The notes: generated from the letters alone by a model not told the origin. Shown: positions 35,326 to 49,222, numbered from the stretch's first letter. The stretch: DNA of 64,000 bases from Eledone cirrhosa (GCA_964016885.1 OZ024745.1:22878001-22942000), one strand, 5' to 3'. A program made the numbers and translations.

Positions 35326-35923
35326 AACAAGAGCAAATATGAATTTTTACTTCGTTTATTCTACAATTGTTTCCGTGTGATATACAACAAGCTTACCTAA
35401 GGATTAAGAACAATTAAATTACCGTTAACGTATTTAATGATCGCAGACCTCACTCGTTTACCGAGTTGGGGGAAGTTCGTCAAATCGGACCAAGGATATA
35501 ATGTTTCCATTTGTCTTTGCATTGCTGATACTATCAACGGGTTGGAACTATTAGCAGAAAGAGCAGCATGAAATAATGTGTCTAGTTCAAGGATATAAAC
35601 GCACCACCCGGTCCGAGAATCGAAATCGTGACCTCACATTTGCGAATCAAATTCCCTAACCACTAAGTTTTCACATAATTGTACACTGAGAAAAGCCAAT
35701 ATAATATATATTTTTTTTTATTATGACAGCATCATAAATGTTCCTGGCATATTCTGGCCTCATCTACGAGACATATTTCACCGTACTTCTATTTCATAAA
35801 TTTTCACAAACAGAGAGACAGATAGAGATAGAGATAGATAGAGAGAGAGAGGGAGAGAGTTTATCAGTTTCTAACAGGAACAAAACTTTTTCGTTAGAAT
35901 ATAGATATTACCTTGGTACATAC

Positions 35924-35986
<63 letters not shown>

Positions 35987-35988
<2 letters not shown>

Positions 35989-36065
35989 AGGTGTCCCAAG
36001 GTGTGTATTCGTGTGTACATTTGTACAGGTAATCAACGTGTGTATACATTTTGAGGGACACCTTG
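35987..36065. mobile_element. 79-bp Tc1/mariner-type MITE
   Basis: TA-CAAGGTGTCCC … GGGACACCTTG-TA terminal inverted repeats with TA flanks. Confidence 0.8.
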
Positions 36066-36074
36066 TATATATAC

Positions 36075-36157
<83 letters not shown>

Positions 36158-36334
36158 TTTATGAACTCGCGTCAAGTGGAAACAGAACCCACAATTTCAC
36201 ACTTTCCCCGTGATAGTACGACTGGTGTTTTTTGTTTTAAGGTTCTTTGAAGAATACCTAACATTTAATTTGACCAAACACTGAGTATAGATAAGAAATT
36301 TAGTAGTTTTACAATACCACTCTCAATACACAAT

Positions 36335-36433
<99 letters not shown>

Positions 36434-36569
36434 ACAGAAGTCCGACGAGCTTTTGATTCAAGAGTCGGGCCAAATCGATACATTTCGAGCCTTGAGCTGA
36501 TCAATCGTGAGACGCGCGTCGCACCTCAATAAATGTAATGAAGATTTAACACTTTGTCCTTTTTATTTA

Positions 36570-36670
<101 letters not shown>

Positions 36671-36793
36671 TATGTGTGTGTGTGTGTGTGTGTAAAAAGT
36701 AAACAGAAATAACAGACCAAACGACACGGTACATATTTATATATGTATGGAGGTATATGCATGTATATGAACATACATACATACACATACACA

Positions 36794-37823
36794 CATGGTG
36801 GCTGCCAACTCGTTTTCGAGTACGGATACTACTTTATATCCATGTAGGAGAACCCCTACCGATGCGCTGAACGAGTGTGACTTTTTAGTCCAGCCAGCGA
36901 CTTGAAAACTCTGGTACAAACACTGCACTTGTGACAATTATTGACACATAATGCTGGGCCCATGGTACAATGTGATGACAAGTGCCGAGAGATCTCCAGA
37001 TATAAAGCAATGCCTGTGCTGTGAAGCTTTTATAGTGAGCAAAGGCACTGCACAAAGCCAGCCCCACTCTCTTAACCAAGATGATATTTACCAAAAAGAA
37101 GAACAAGTCAACATCATTGGATACCATCAGGGTTGCAGGTGCTATATCAGAGTTTTCCTTCTCCTAGAATTCTGCCTTAACAAAGGCTAAGGGGTCATCT
37201 CTCCCGGTGATTTTGAATGGCCATTGACTCTTAAGAGCTCCTTTGCCCTTTGACTGGTTTTGTTTTTAGTCCTGCAGGATGTCCAAAGTCACCCTCCTCA
37301 CCAAGAAACCTTGGTGGGGTTGCCAATTTAGTCGCCAACGACCCGACCATGAGACAGGTTGAACTGGGATACATGTTACTAGTACCACCAACTGGTGACC
37401 TGACATACACACATACATGGTGGCTGCCAACTCATTTTCGAGTACGGCCACTACTTTATATCCATGTAGGAGAACCCTTACCTATGCACTGAACGAGTGA
37501 CTTTTTAGTCCAGCCTGCGACATGAAAACTCTGGTACAAACACTACACTTGTAACAATTATTGACACATAGTGCTGGGCCCATGGTACCATGGGACGACA
37601 AGTGCAGAGAGATCTCCAGATATAAAACAATGCCAGTGCCGTGAAGCTTTTATAGTGAGCAAAGGCACTGCACAAAGCCAGTCCCACTCTCTTAACCAAG
37701 ATGATATTTACCAAAAAGAAGAACAAGTCAACATCATTGGATACCATCAGGGTTGCAGGTGTTATATCAGAGTTTTCCTTCTCCTAGAATTCTGCCTTGA
37801 CAAAGGCTAAGGGGTCATCTCTC
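36794..37823. repeat. Tandem duplicated ~610-bp unit (36794-37402; partial copy 37416-37823) bounded by (TACA)n
   Basis: Both copies start CATGGTGGCTGCCAACTC and are collinear. Confidence 0.9.
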
Positions 37824-37967
37824 ACATACATACACACATACATACATACATACATACATACATACATACATACATACACACACATACATACACACATACA
37901 CACATACATACATACAAACATACATACATACATACATACATACATACATACATACATACATACATAC

Positions 37968-40900
37968 AAAAATACAAAATATTAGTGAATAGACGAACTC
38001 ATCATGGCAAAAAGTACAAGTCTCCTTCGACCAAATCGCAATTACAACCGTTGTATACAGTGGAGCTACGAGCTTAACAAAGAATTATATGAAGCATACA
38101 AACAATCTGAACCCCAAAAGTTCGGTTTTATGCAAAGGCTAAAAACTTTATGGAACTCCAAACACCCAGAATTAGACTTTTCTCCAAAGCATCTAAATGA
38201 ACAGGCAAAACGTATCATTAGATGTAAATTGATACATCTAACGGAATCGAGTGATACTACAAATACAGCCCTTGTAGACAACCACCCCACCTCCACTGAC
38301 AGACAAAGAGAATGGCCGGCTAAATCTAACAGTGAACAGCTCACCAACAATTTTGCTGAAATCCATCCCACTTCCACTGAAGAACAGCGAGAAAGGTCAG
38401 CTGACTCTAGTAGTAATTGTCACCACATCAACAACGAGGCTGCAATTCATGACTCTACTGAACAAACAGAGCACCAAAAACTTGTGGGCACCCTACAAGT
38501 GATATGGAACGATATGTTTCAAGAGATACACAGCCTTAATGTGAGTGACAGACCATACAACACTAGAGTCAGTAAAGAACCCACTAAATTGGAATTGGAA
38601 GCGGTGAACGAAATAGCTGGCAATTATCTGAAGGCTATACGATCTAAAGGTGTAGAAACGACATTTGAAACGCTCAATGTTTTGTTATATGTTTCAGCTG
38701 TCACATTGCTATCATATAACACACATCTAAAACCACGCAATCAAGATACAAACAGAAAGCCTGAACCAGCGTGGATGCGAAATTTAAAAACCAAAATTTT
38801 GTCCCTGAGACGAAGTATCTCACACATCGCAGTCGTTATGAAATGCAACATAGAGAGAAACTTCACACGACACCAGGAAGACCTAAAGAAAAAGTTAGAG
38901 AGACGATTTGGAGATACCAAATTTAAAACTTTGAACTCCAAATTACACCAGTTGAAACAACAACTCACAGCTACAACAGAAAGACTAAAATATAAGTCAA
39001 CAGCCCATAAACGACAAGTGCTAAATAGATTGTTTGCCAGAGATCCTAAATCAGTTTATCGCAGCTTCGGTGGCAAAAGCTCAATCCCTGTAAACGACAC
39101 CCCTTCAAAAGAACAGGTTGAGAACTACTGGAGATCTGTATGGGAAACGGATGACGGATTCAACAGACAAGCTAATTGGCTAAAACAACTGGAACAGGAC
39201 TACTGCCAACATGTCCAGACAAAACAATATGACATAGATGGGTCAATACTGGAAACAGCTCTACAGAAAATGTCGAATAGGAAATCGCCAGGCCCAGACC
39301 TCATTACAGGATACTGGTTGAAGAATTTCACTTTCTATCGGCAAGATCTCATACGGCTGTTTACAGAAACCATTAAGGGCACACAAGAACTGCCCAGATG
39401 GTTATCAACTGCCACTACTCTCCTCATTCCCAAAAATAGCCAAACCACCCTTGCTAAAAATTACCGCCCAATTGCCTGCCAAAACATCATGTATAAATTA
39501 TATACTGGGTGCCTTAACCTGTTCTTACAGGATCACTGTGCTACCAACAACATCATAACACCTGAGCAAGCTGGTGGAAAGAGGGAGGTGTGGGGTTGCA
39601 TAGATCACCTACTAACTAACAAAATGATTCAGGAAAAAACAACAAAGAATCGCAGAAACATGACTGTCGTGTGGCTGGACTATCAAAAAGCATTTGATAG
39701 TGTACCTCATGGGTGGATTATTAAGGCTTTACAGTTAGCTAAAGTCCCACAACCATTAGTAGCTGCTGTTGAACGCCTGACCAAGAACTGGTACACCAAT
39801 TTGATCCTTAGAGGTGAGAAGGAGCAGGTTAAGACTGATAGGATACATTACCAGAAGGGCATCTTTCAGGGTGATAGCTTGTCAGTACTACTCTTCGTTC
39901 TCTCACTGAATCCACTATCTTACCTACTCAGGAAACAAGGTGGACAAAGAAGTGGGCCCAGAAGTATCTCCCATCTTTTCTTTGTTGATGACCTGAAGTT
40001 GTATGGGCCAAATATCAATGACATCAAGAAACAATTGGACCTCATTACACAATTTTCAACCGACATCAAAATGAAATTTGGTGAGTCCAAGTGTGCATAT
40101 TTGGCAGTAAAACGTGGAAGAGCTGTGCCCTCCTCTAGAAATCTAGATATGAACGGCCTGACAATACAACCTCTGCAGTCAGGTGACAACTACAGATATC
40201 TTGGACAGGATGAGAATGTCAGATATGATGGACCCATAAATAAGGAGAGAACCAGAACTGAATACCTCAGAAGAGTAAAAAAAATATGGTCATCAGAACT
40301 GTCAGCATACAACAAATACATTGCCCACAATACCTATGCTGTGCCAATTATAACGCCAACATTTGGCCTACTGAACTGGTCATTGCAAGAACTAAGTGAG
40401 ATGGATGTTAGAACTCGTAAACTTCTCAGTGTTACTGGGAACTTTAACATCAATGGTGATGTGGATAGGCTATACTTCTCACGCAAGGAAGGTGGCCGGG
40501 GTCTAAAATCAATATTAACAACATATGAGACCCGGATAGTAACACTGAAGCAACACCTTCAACAGAGGAAAAAGGTTGGCGACCATCTTGCTCAGGTTTA
40601 TGAGCATGAAAAAAGAAATATCATTAGAATAGCGACTGATCTGGAGGAGAGATATGGAATAAAGCCTGATATAAATCTCTCACCCAGAGAAATCGGAAGA
40701 TCCTATTCAATGTTCAAACAAGAAAAAAAAATTGACCAATTTACAGAGAAAGTTGTGCATGGATACTTGAGGCGTAAAACACAGACCATAGAGGGGATAA
40801 ACCACTCAAAAAGCCTGGCATGGAGTTCCGACAAGTTTATGACATCACACCTTGAGGGATATCTCTATGCAATACAGGAACAAGAACTCCCTACCAAATA

Positions 40901-41594
40901 TCTGCTGCACAAAAGAGGAGGGCCAGCAGCTGACAATAAATGTAGGCTATGTAAAACAAAGATCGAGGATGTAAGCCACATTGTTGCCAGCTGCGAAAGA
41001 ATGTCATCTCGCTACTACCTCCCCATGAGACACGATGGGATAGCTAGAACTATCTGGAACGCACTTCGGAAAACAAAATTAACAACAAACGAGGAAGAAT
41101 ATATTGAGACAGATGGCACTAAGGAATACTGGTGGAACCTGAAAATAAAAACTGCCACCAAATTAAAGCACAACCGGCCTGATATTGTAGTTTGGGACCA
41201 CACATTGAAAACGTGTTCTGTTGTGGAGATCAGCTGCCCACTTGATGTAAACGTTGTCAGAAAAATACAGGAGAAGGAGGACATCTACGGACCATTGATG
41301 AGGAGCTTACAAATCCAGTATCCAAGATACACCTTTAGCTTCATACCCATAATTATTGGTGCTACGGGTTATATACCAACCCGCTTGGACCAAAGTATGA
41401 CCGAACTTGGATTTGCGGACAAAAAGCGCAGCTCCCTAATTCATAGTCTACAAATGGCTGCGATAGCTGGCACCTTCAAAATATGCAAAACATTCTTGCG
41501 ATTCAAGGGATGACAATTTCTTTTCTTTTACAACCTTGCCACCAGGAAGGTGGCCGGTCAAAAAAATATACTCGAAATTAAGAGAAAGAGAAAA
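37968..41594 (+). mobile_element. R4/Dong-like RLE non-LTR retrotransposon inserted in (TACA)n
   Basis: Single ORF, short 3' UTR, and (TACA)n on both sides. Confidence 0.9.
38004..41513 (+). CDS. Intact RT + CCHC + restriction-like endonuclease polyprotein (1169 aa)
   Basis: KSPGPD, YRPIAC, LDYQKAFD, GIFQGDSLS, FFVDD, YRYLG, EGGRGL, CRLC…H…C, RHD, RPDIVVWD…VVEISCP. Confidence 0.95.
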   Translation: MAKSTSLLRPNRNYNRCIQWSYELNKELYEAYKQSEPQKFGFMQRLKTLWNSKHPELDFSPKHLNEQAKRIIRCKLIHLTESSDTTNTALVDNHPTSTDRQREWPAKSNSEQLTNNFAEIHPTSTEEQRERSADSSSNCHHINNEAAIHDSTEQTEHQKLVGTLQVIWNDMFQEIHSLNVSDRPYNTRVSKEPTKLELEAVNEIAGNYLKAIRSKGVETTFETLNVLLYVSAVTLLSYNTHLKPRNQDTNRKPEPAWMRNLKTKILSLRRSISHIAVVMKCNIERNFTRHQEDLKKKLERRFGDTKFKTLNSKLHQLKQQLTATTERLKYKSTAHKRQVLNRLFARDPKSVYRSFGGKSSIPVNDTPSKEQVENYWRSVWETDDGFNRQANWLKQLEQDYCQHVQTKQYDIDGSILETALQKMSNRKSPGPDLITGYWLKNFTFYRQDLIRLFTETIKGTQELPRWLSTATTLLIPKNSQTTLAKNYRPIACQNIMYKLYTGCLNLFLQDHCATNNIITPEQAGGKREVWGCIDHLLTNKMIQEKTTKNRRNMTVVWLDYQKAFDSVPHGWIIKALQLAKVPQPLVAAVERLTKNWYTNLILRGEKEQVKTDRIHYQKGIFQGDSLSVLLFVLSLNPLSYLLRKQGGQRSGPRSISHLFFVDDLKLYGPNINDIKKQLDLITQFSTDIKMKFGESKCAYLAVKRGRAVPSSRNLDMNGLTIQPLQSGDNYRYLGQDENVRYDGPINKERTRTEYLRRVKKIWSSELSAYNKYIAHNTYAVPIITPTFGLLNWSLQELSEMDVRTRKLLSVTGNFNINGDVDRLYFSRKEGGRGLKSILTTYETRIVTLKQHLQQRKKVGDHLAQVYEHEKRNIIRIATDLEERYGIKPDINLSPREIGRSYSMFKQEKKIDQFTEKVVHGYLRRKTQTIEGINHSKSLAWSSDKFMTSHLEGYLYAIQEQELPTKYLLHKRGGPAADNKCRLCKTKIEDVSHIVASCERMSSRYYLPMRHDGIARTIWNALRKTKLTTNEEEYIETDGTKEYWWNLKIKTATKLKHNRPDIVVWDHTLKTCSVVEISCPLDVNVVRKIQEKEDIYGPLMRSLQIQYPRYTFSFIPIIIGATGYIPTRLDQSMTELGFADKKRSSLIHSLQMAAIAGTFKICKTFLRFKG

Positions 41595-41734
41595 CATACA
41601 TACATACATACATACAAACATACATACATACATACATATATGTCACATTCAGTGTTTTTGGTAATTAAGATTGATTATCACACATGTTTACAACCAGCCG
41701 TGTACAAAATGCAGATTTTTCTCACCCTGCACAC

Positions 41735-42152
41735 ACAATAAGGTAGTTACACCTATACAGACAGAATGAGGCATATATATACATATACAGAATTAGGAAG
41801 ATATGTACATATACACACAAACACATACCATATATATACAGAATTAGGCTTATACACACATATACAGAATTAGGAAGATATACACATATACACGCAATAA
41901 AGTAGCCAGACATACAGAATTAGAAAGATATACACATACACATACAATAAGGTAGTCACATATATACAGAATTAGGAAAATCTACACATATACACACAAT
42001 AAGGTAGTCACATATATACAGGAATTAGGAAAATATACACATATACACACAATAAGGTAGTCACATATATACAGAATTAGGAAAATATACACATATACAC
42101 ACAATAAGGTAGTCACATATATACAGAATTAGGAAAATCTACACATATACAC
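41735..42152. repeat. ~52-bp minisatellite
   Basis: AATAAGGTAGTCACATATATACAGAATTAGGAAAATATACACATATACACAC units and sub-units. Confidence 0.85.
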
Positions 42153-42364
42153 CCGAAGACAAACGCATCCAAACGTTATGTACCTAAATGTGCGCATGCG
42201 TGTATATTATTCATGCACATATATTTAAAGATAAGATTAAATGCAAATATGCATCTGAGAGTTTCTCACCTCTCACTCTCTCTCTCTCTCTCTCTCTCGC
42301 TCTCGCTCTCTCTTTCTTTCTCTTTCTCTTTCTCTTTCTCTCTCTCGCTCTATATATATATATA

Positions 42365-42396
<32 letters not shown>

Positions 42397-42445
42397 CATA
42401 TATATATAAAGATACATATATCTATCTTTATAGATATGTATATAT

Positions 42446-42512
<67 letters not shown>

Positions 42513-42537
42513 AAGATACTTATATCTATCTTTATAG

Positions 42538-42575
<38 letters not shown>

Positions 42576-42644
42576 ATATATACATATCTATAAAGATAGA
42601 TATATGTATCTTTATAGATATGTATATATATATATCTTTATATA

Positions 42645-42678
<34 letters not shown>

Positions 42679-42763
42679 AATATATATAAAGATATATATA
42701 TACATATCTATAAAGATACATATATCTATCTTTATAGATATGTATATATCTTTATATATATAC

Positions 42764-42828
<65 letters not shown>

Positions 42829-42884
42829 CATACGTTATTCCGGGTTGAATCGGAGGTAACCACAGTAAGTAAGGTACTCAATAC

Positions 42885-42959
<75 letters not shown>

Positions 42960-43021
42960 TATATAAAGATATATATATACATATATCTATAAAGATAGAT
43001 ATATGTATCTTTATAGATATG

Positions 43022-43062
<41 letters not shown>

Positions 43063-43602
43063 GGGGGGGGGGAGAAAATGAATGTGTGTGTTTGAGAGAG
43101 ATATACATTTGCGTATATATTTACGTGGCCATGTGTATGTGTATGTGTGTGTTTATCTATACACTTTTATTGGTGGGTGGTGACTCTGCACACATGTACA
43201 TATGTATGCATGTTTTTCTGTGTAAGTTTGTGTATATGTAAGCATGTATGTATGCATCAATCTATTTATGTATGTAGGTGTATGTGTGTGTGTGTAAGTA
43301 TGTATTTATACACACTTATACACATGAGGGTGCGAAGATGCCTGGAGAACAATCGAGAGTATATATGTGTTTATGTATGTGTTTATGTATGTGTTTATGT
43401 ATGTAAATGTAAGACCAAATATGAAGAAGAGAGTGAGAGCGGCTGTGTGTGTATGTGTTGCTTTCATGTGTGTGTGTGTGTGTCTTGCTTTCATGTCTGT
43501 GTGTGTATGTGTACCCTTTGTGAAAGATTGTGTGGGGCGTTCGTAAGCATGAATGGAAACAGGAAAAAGCGTAAAAGAAATTGTGTGGGCATATTATCCA
43601 CA

Positions 43603-43732
<130 letters not shown>

Positions 43733-43737
43733 CACAC

Positions 43738-43770
<33 letters not shown>

Positions 43771-43835
43771 TATATATAGATATATATATATATATGTATA
43801 TATATACAAGTATAAATATATATATATATATATAC

Positions 43836-43918
<83 letters not shown>

Positions 43919-43950
43919 ATATAGACATATATATATATATATACAAGTAT

Positions 43951-44008
<58 letters not shown>

Positions 44009-44055
44009 GTACTTACATACACACAAGCACACACATATACATATACACATATATG

Positions 44056-44087
<32 letters not shown>

Positions 44088-44819
44088 TATGTATGTATAT
44101 TGATATATATATATATGTGTGTGTGTGTATATATATATGTATATATATATATGTATATATATATGTATATATATATATGTATATTGACATATATATATAT
44201 GAATATATATATGTATATATATGTGTGTGTGTATGTATATATGATATATATATACATATATGTATATATATGTGCAAGTGCATGCGTGTATGTGTGTATG
44301 TAAGTGTGTGTGTATGTGTGTGTAAGTGCATGTGTGTTGGTAAGTGTTTGTATGTGTATATGTGTGTATATGTGTGTGTAAGTGCATGTGTGTGGGTAAG
44401 TGCGTGTATGTGTGTATGTGTGTGTATATGTGTGTGGGTAAGTGTGTGTATGTGTGTGTGTGTGTGTGTGTGTGGGTAAGTGTGTGTGTGTGCATGTGTG
44501 ACTACACTGCCAACTTCACCACCCGTTAACAACGCCATATGTTTTGCAGTCTGTCCGTAACTAACATGTTATCCCCACCACCCCTATGCCCTAACCAAAC
44601 TGACCTACCCAGCACGGGATTGTCTGTTTATCACGTGTCAGACGTTCATTGGTTCTATCTATATAACCCCAATGGCCTTCAGTTCTTTTATTTTTTGTCT
44701 TTATCATCGTTAAAGACGGCTGTCCTTGGTTTTTATATTTTTGGGGTTTGGTTTCTGAGGTATTTTTTAAAAGGATTGTTGTATATTTTATTTTACCGAG
44801 TAAAATTTTCGGTTTCCGC

Positions 44820-44871
44820 CACAACATCCACCTCCACCACCAACAACAACACCACCACCACCACCATCATC

Positions 44872-44947
<76 letters not shown>

Positions 44948-44979
44948 GCAGCAGCAACGCCACCACCACCACCACCATC

Positions 44980-45052
<73 letters not shown>

Positions 45053-45112
45053 CCACCACCACCACCATCACCACCACCATCAACAACAACACCACCACCA
45101 CCATCACCATAC
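44820..45112. repeat. (CAA)n/(CAC)n microsatellite
   Basis: Direct inspection. Confidence 0.95.
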
Positions 45113-45701
45113 ATACAAACAAACTTTCTTTATATATTTATAATGTTTTTTTTAATGTTCATGAATATTCATGTACACACATACATACAGATACACCTAC
45201 TCATTCATAATTGTACACACTGTATACGTGACACACACACATGTACAAATAGACACACAAACACATGGTGTATAGATGTGACGTGAACACTAATAACCAT
45301 GACTATAACACATATACACACAGACACACAAGCGTACACACACACAAGTACGCAACAACATGTTATCCACAAACCCATATACATACATCGATGTTCCCTC
45401 TCACAAACACACTCACACAGCCCCATACACACACATTGAAATTAGACATCCACACAAAAGCTTTATCTCTATGACTCCCTTTCTTTTTCTCTCTTTCTCT
45501 CACTTTTACTCACATAAAATACACACACAGACACACACACACAAACACACACATGCATACATACAAAAATACAAATCTGTATGCATATATATATATCTGT
45601 GTGTGTGTATATGTGTGTGTGTGCATATATATATATATGTGGGTGTCTATACATATATATGTGTGTGTATAATTATATATGTATGTGTGTGTGTGTGTAT
45701 G

Positions 45702-45797
<96 letters not shown>

Positions 45798-46121
45798 CAT
45801 ATTAATAAAACATCTATTTAGTTTTTTATTGTGTATCGACCTATTACCTTCGTTTCACAGTGGATTAGCTAAGGGTCACCCAGAAGTTATGGACCCAACT
45901 CCATTATCGATCTGCTCTTCTGGCCATCTGACACATACACTATATATATATAATCTTAAAGAGAGAGATGGAGATAGGAGAGGAGTAGAGAGATTGGTGA
46001 ATTAGTTAGAAGCAAAAGCGTAAAGGCATGTGCTCAATGTGCAATATACAGTGGAAGGCAGCTAGGTGGCTGGGTTCATGCAGATTGCAGTCCACAATTG
46101 CACTAATCGAGGCATTGACTT

Positions 46122-47518
46122 GCTAAAAAAACAATTACATAGATTTTGTTTAAAATAACGGTTTCTCTATCACCATCGAGCCGAACCATAAGGTAGTAAA
46201 CTTTCTGGACGTCACCCTAGATCTTAACAATAACTTATATTACCCTTATCATAAACCAGGTGAAATACTTACATATATTAGCCCACACTCTAACCACCCA
46301 CCGGCAGTCATGAGAACAGTCATCAAATCTATCTCGTATAGGATCTCCATGCTATCCGCAAATGAGGAGATATTTATGAACCATGCGGCATATTATAATA
46401 AGGCTCTTTCTGAATCTGGTTATGAACAGTCCATTTACTACATACCTAAATGCCATAACACAGCAATTCACCACAACCATAATAAATTTAACACTAGAAC
46501 TAGAAATACTTTAGCATATAGCCAGATACGCCGGAATTTTAGCAGTAACAGCACCTATACAGGGAACCTTAATGGTGGCAGTGGCCTGCTTCCCACTCCC
46601 AGTAGCAGACTCAAAATCAACCCTAGAATAGGAATGAGCAATGGGATGACAAATAACAAATGCCCAGGTAATAATAACCCTATGAAGGCCCCTGCCAACT
46701 CCACTAGAACCCCTAGAAGGAATAGGCCTAGAAATATCACCTGGCCTAACCCCCGATTCTCATCTAACTTAGCCACTAATATCCCTAAACGCTTCTTCTC
46801 TATCCTATCTAAACATTTCCTTCCCAACCATAGATATTAGAAACTCTTTAATAAAAACAACATTAATATCTCATTCTCCACAACACCTAACCTAGCTAGC
46901 CACATCGCATTCAGTAACCATCATAAACTAAGACAGTATAACTCCCACACCGCGGTACCACTACCCCCCTCAAATACACCACGCCACTACATCAATTCTT
47001 ACTCTAGTAGCATACCTCCCCCATCTAATCCTTCTAGCACGCACCAACCGCAGAGTTTAAACAACCCTACCCTCACTAACCGCAGCAGTAACTGCAACTG
47101 AGGTTACCCTAATACATGCCCACTAAACGGACAATGCCTTACACCCAATATAGTTTAAACAGTTAAAACAACATCACATACCAACTCCTATATTGGCTCT
47201 ACCTCTAACCCTTTTAAGGTACGCTATAACGCGCACTCATTTTCCTTCCGAGACCCTAACAACAGATGTTCAACATCTCTAGCTAGGCTCATTAAAAACC
47301 TTAAATTAACCAACATTGAACACTCACTAACATGGGATATCTTGGCTAGAGCCCAAGCGTTCAATCGGCGAAGAAACTCTTGTGATCTCTGTCTTACCGA
47401 AGCCTATTACATAACTCTACTACGACCTCTACCGATTAACGATAGGACGGAGGTAACTATTAGCTGTCAACATCGAAGGGCAAATTCCTTCTCCAACAGA
47501 ATATTTGACCCAACATAG
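46122..47518 (+). pseudogene. Second Naiad-type PLE: RT C-terminus + GIY-YIG, one frame with stops TAG 46838, TGA 47099 and TAA 47156
   Basis: ITIEPNHKVVNFLDVTLDL…SNHPP…ITWPNP…CN*GYPNTCPLNGQCL…SYIGST…FKVRY…CDLCLTE…CQHR. Confidence 0.88.
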
Positions 47519-47985
47519 TCATCTAATCCCACTTTTACTTATAGCTAACATGTTAAATAGTTAACCCTGACTAAGATAATTATAAATTACCTCCCTTACA
47601 TTGTCTCTCACTTAAACTCATTAGCACTTCTTAGCTATAAACCACCTACAATTTCTAATTTCTCGAGAAGTTACTTCCCCTGAAACCAGCCTCTAATTAG
47701 TAAGGTAAATATGTCCTTAGGCGGCCATCTTGTTACCCATAGGCAGATCTCACATAATGCAGCCTCGACAGAAGAATATTGCTCGCCTATAGCAGACAAT
47801 AGATAGACCCAGGACATCATAGTGAAATACCAATATATGGAACATTACATTCATGTAACCATCTTTCTTTACCTTACTTTATATTCCTTATTCCATCGTA
47901 CCTTTATCAATATTTTATTATCTCTTTTGAAGTTCCGATGAACTGCTCTATTTTTAAGTTAATTATCTTCATCTGAACCAGATCA

Positions 47986-48105
47986 ATAATTGTTTCTACT
48001 TTAGGCACAAGGCCAGCAATTACCCAGTGCATTACAGGTACTTTATTTTATCGACCCCGTAAGGATGAAAGGCAAAGTCAACCTCGGCGGGATTTGAACT
48101 CAGAT
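47986..48105 (-). mobile_element. SINE family A (headless) interrupting the PLE 3' UTR
   Basis: Tail, core and B box present. Confidence 0.85.
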
Positions 48106-48145
48106 CATACAGGGTGTAATGTGCACTGGAATGATTTATTATTAT

Positions 48146-48205
<60 letters not shown>

Positions 48206-48209
<4 letters not shown>

Positions 48210-48314
48210 CAAAATTGGACGGGAACGAAAACAAAGAGTTAGAGAAATAAAGGTTTATTAGGTTCACGCTCTTGAGAGAGGGGGGGGGGACGTTTCGGGC
48301 ATAAGCCCTTCTTA
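48206..48314 (-). mobile_element. PLE terminus fragment with truncated minimal hammerhead
   Basis: Reverse complement TAAGA-AGGGCTTATGCCC-GAAAC-GTC, then AATAAA. The 5' part of the core is replaced by (TA)n. Confidence 0.6.
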
Positions 48315-48418
48315 TATATATATATATATGTATAAAATTGAAAAAGTGAAGAATAACATGGCCAACAGTACAAACAAAGGAAATTTATTTACAAACAATT
48401 TATTTAGAAACAATTCTT

Positions 48419-48565
<147 letters not shown>

Positions 48566-48821
48566 TCAAGTAGGAGACCTAATGAGACAATACAATCGGA
48601 ACAAACCAACAACACCTCATATTCAGCCAGCCATTTTGCACGTTGGCCCCAAAAGGATGTCATGGCTAATCCTAAATCTCTTCGTATTCTAAAGTTTAGT
48701 TAAATTTAAAATGTGTTCCAAGACCAGAGCCTTATTAAGCCGGTGCTTATCCCGGTTTCATTGGCCTTAAAAACTGAGAATACAAGATATTGGTTGCAGT
48801 ATTGGTTGCCTACCTCCATTA

Positions 48822-49222
48822 TCGGTGGATTGGCAGTATCGATAGAGAGTCGAACATGCTGTCTCACGGCATAGAGTTACGGCTCTTTACGTTCTGAGTT
48901 CAAATCCCACCTAGGTTAGCTTTACCTTTAATCCTTACGGGGGTCGATAAAATAAAGGTACAGTCGCACACAGGGGTCGATTTAATCGACTTTCCCCTCC
49001 CCCAAAAGTACTGGCCTTGTGCCTTCATCTGAAGTCATTATTGGCAGTAATCGTTAGAACGCTGGACAACATGTTTTACGGTATAGAGTTACGGCCCTTT
49101 ACGTTCTGAGTTCAAATCCCGCTGAGGTTAGCTTTGCCTTTCATCCTTACGGGGTCGATAAAATAAAGTACCAGTAATGTACTGGGTAATTGCTGGCCTT
49201 GTGCCAATACTAGAAACAATTA
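48822..49222 (+). mobile_element. Two tandem SINE family A copies (48822-49040, 49041-49222)
   Basis: Heads, B boxes, cores and tails present. Confidence 0.9.

Noticed and set aside
36951-37810. 79-aa ORF present in both duplicated units
   Set aside because: No recognisable motif; retention is explained by the recent duplication.
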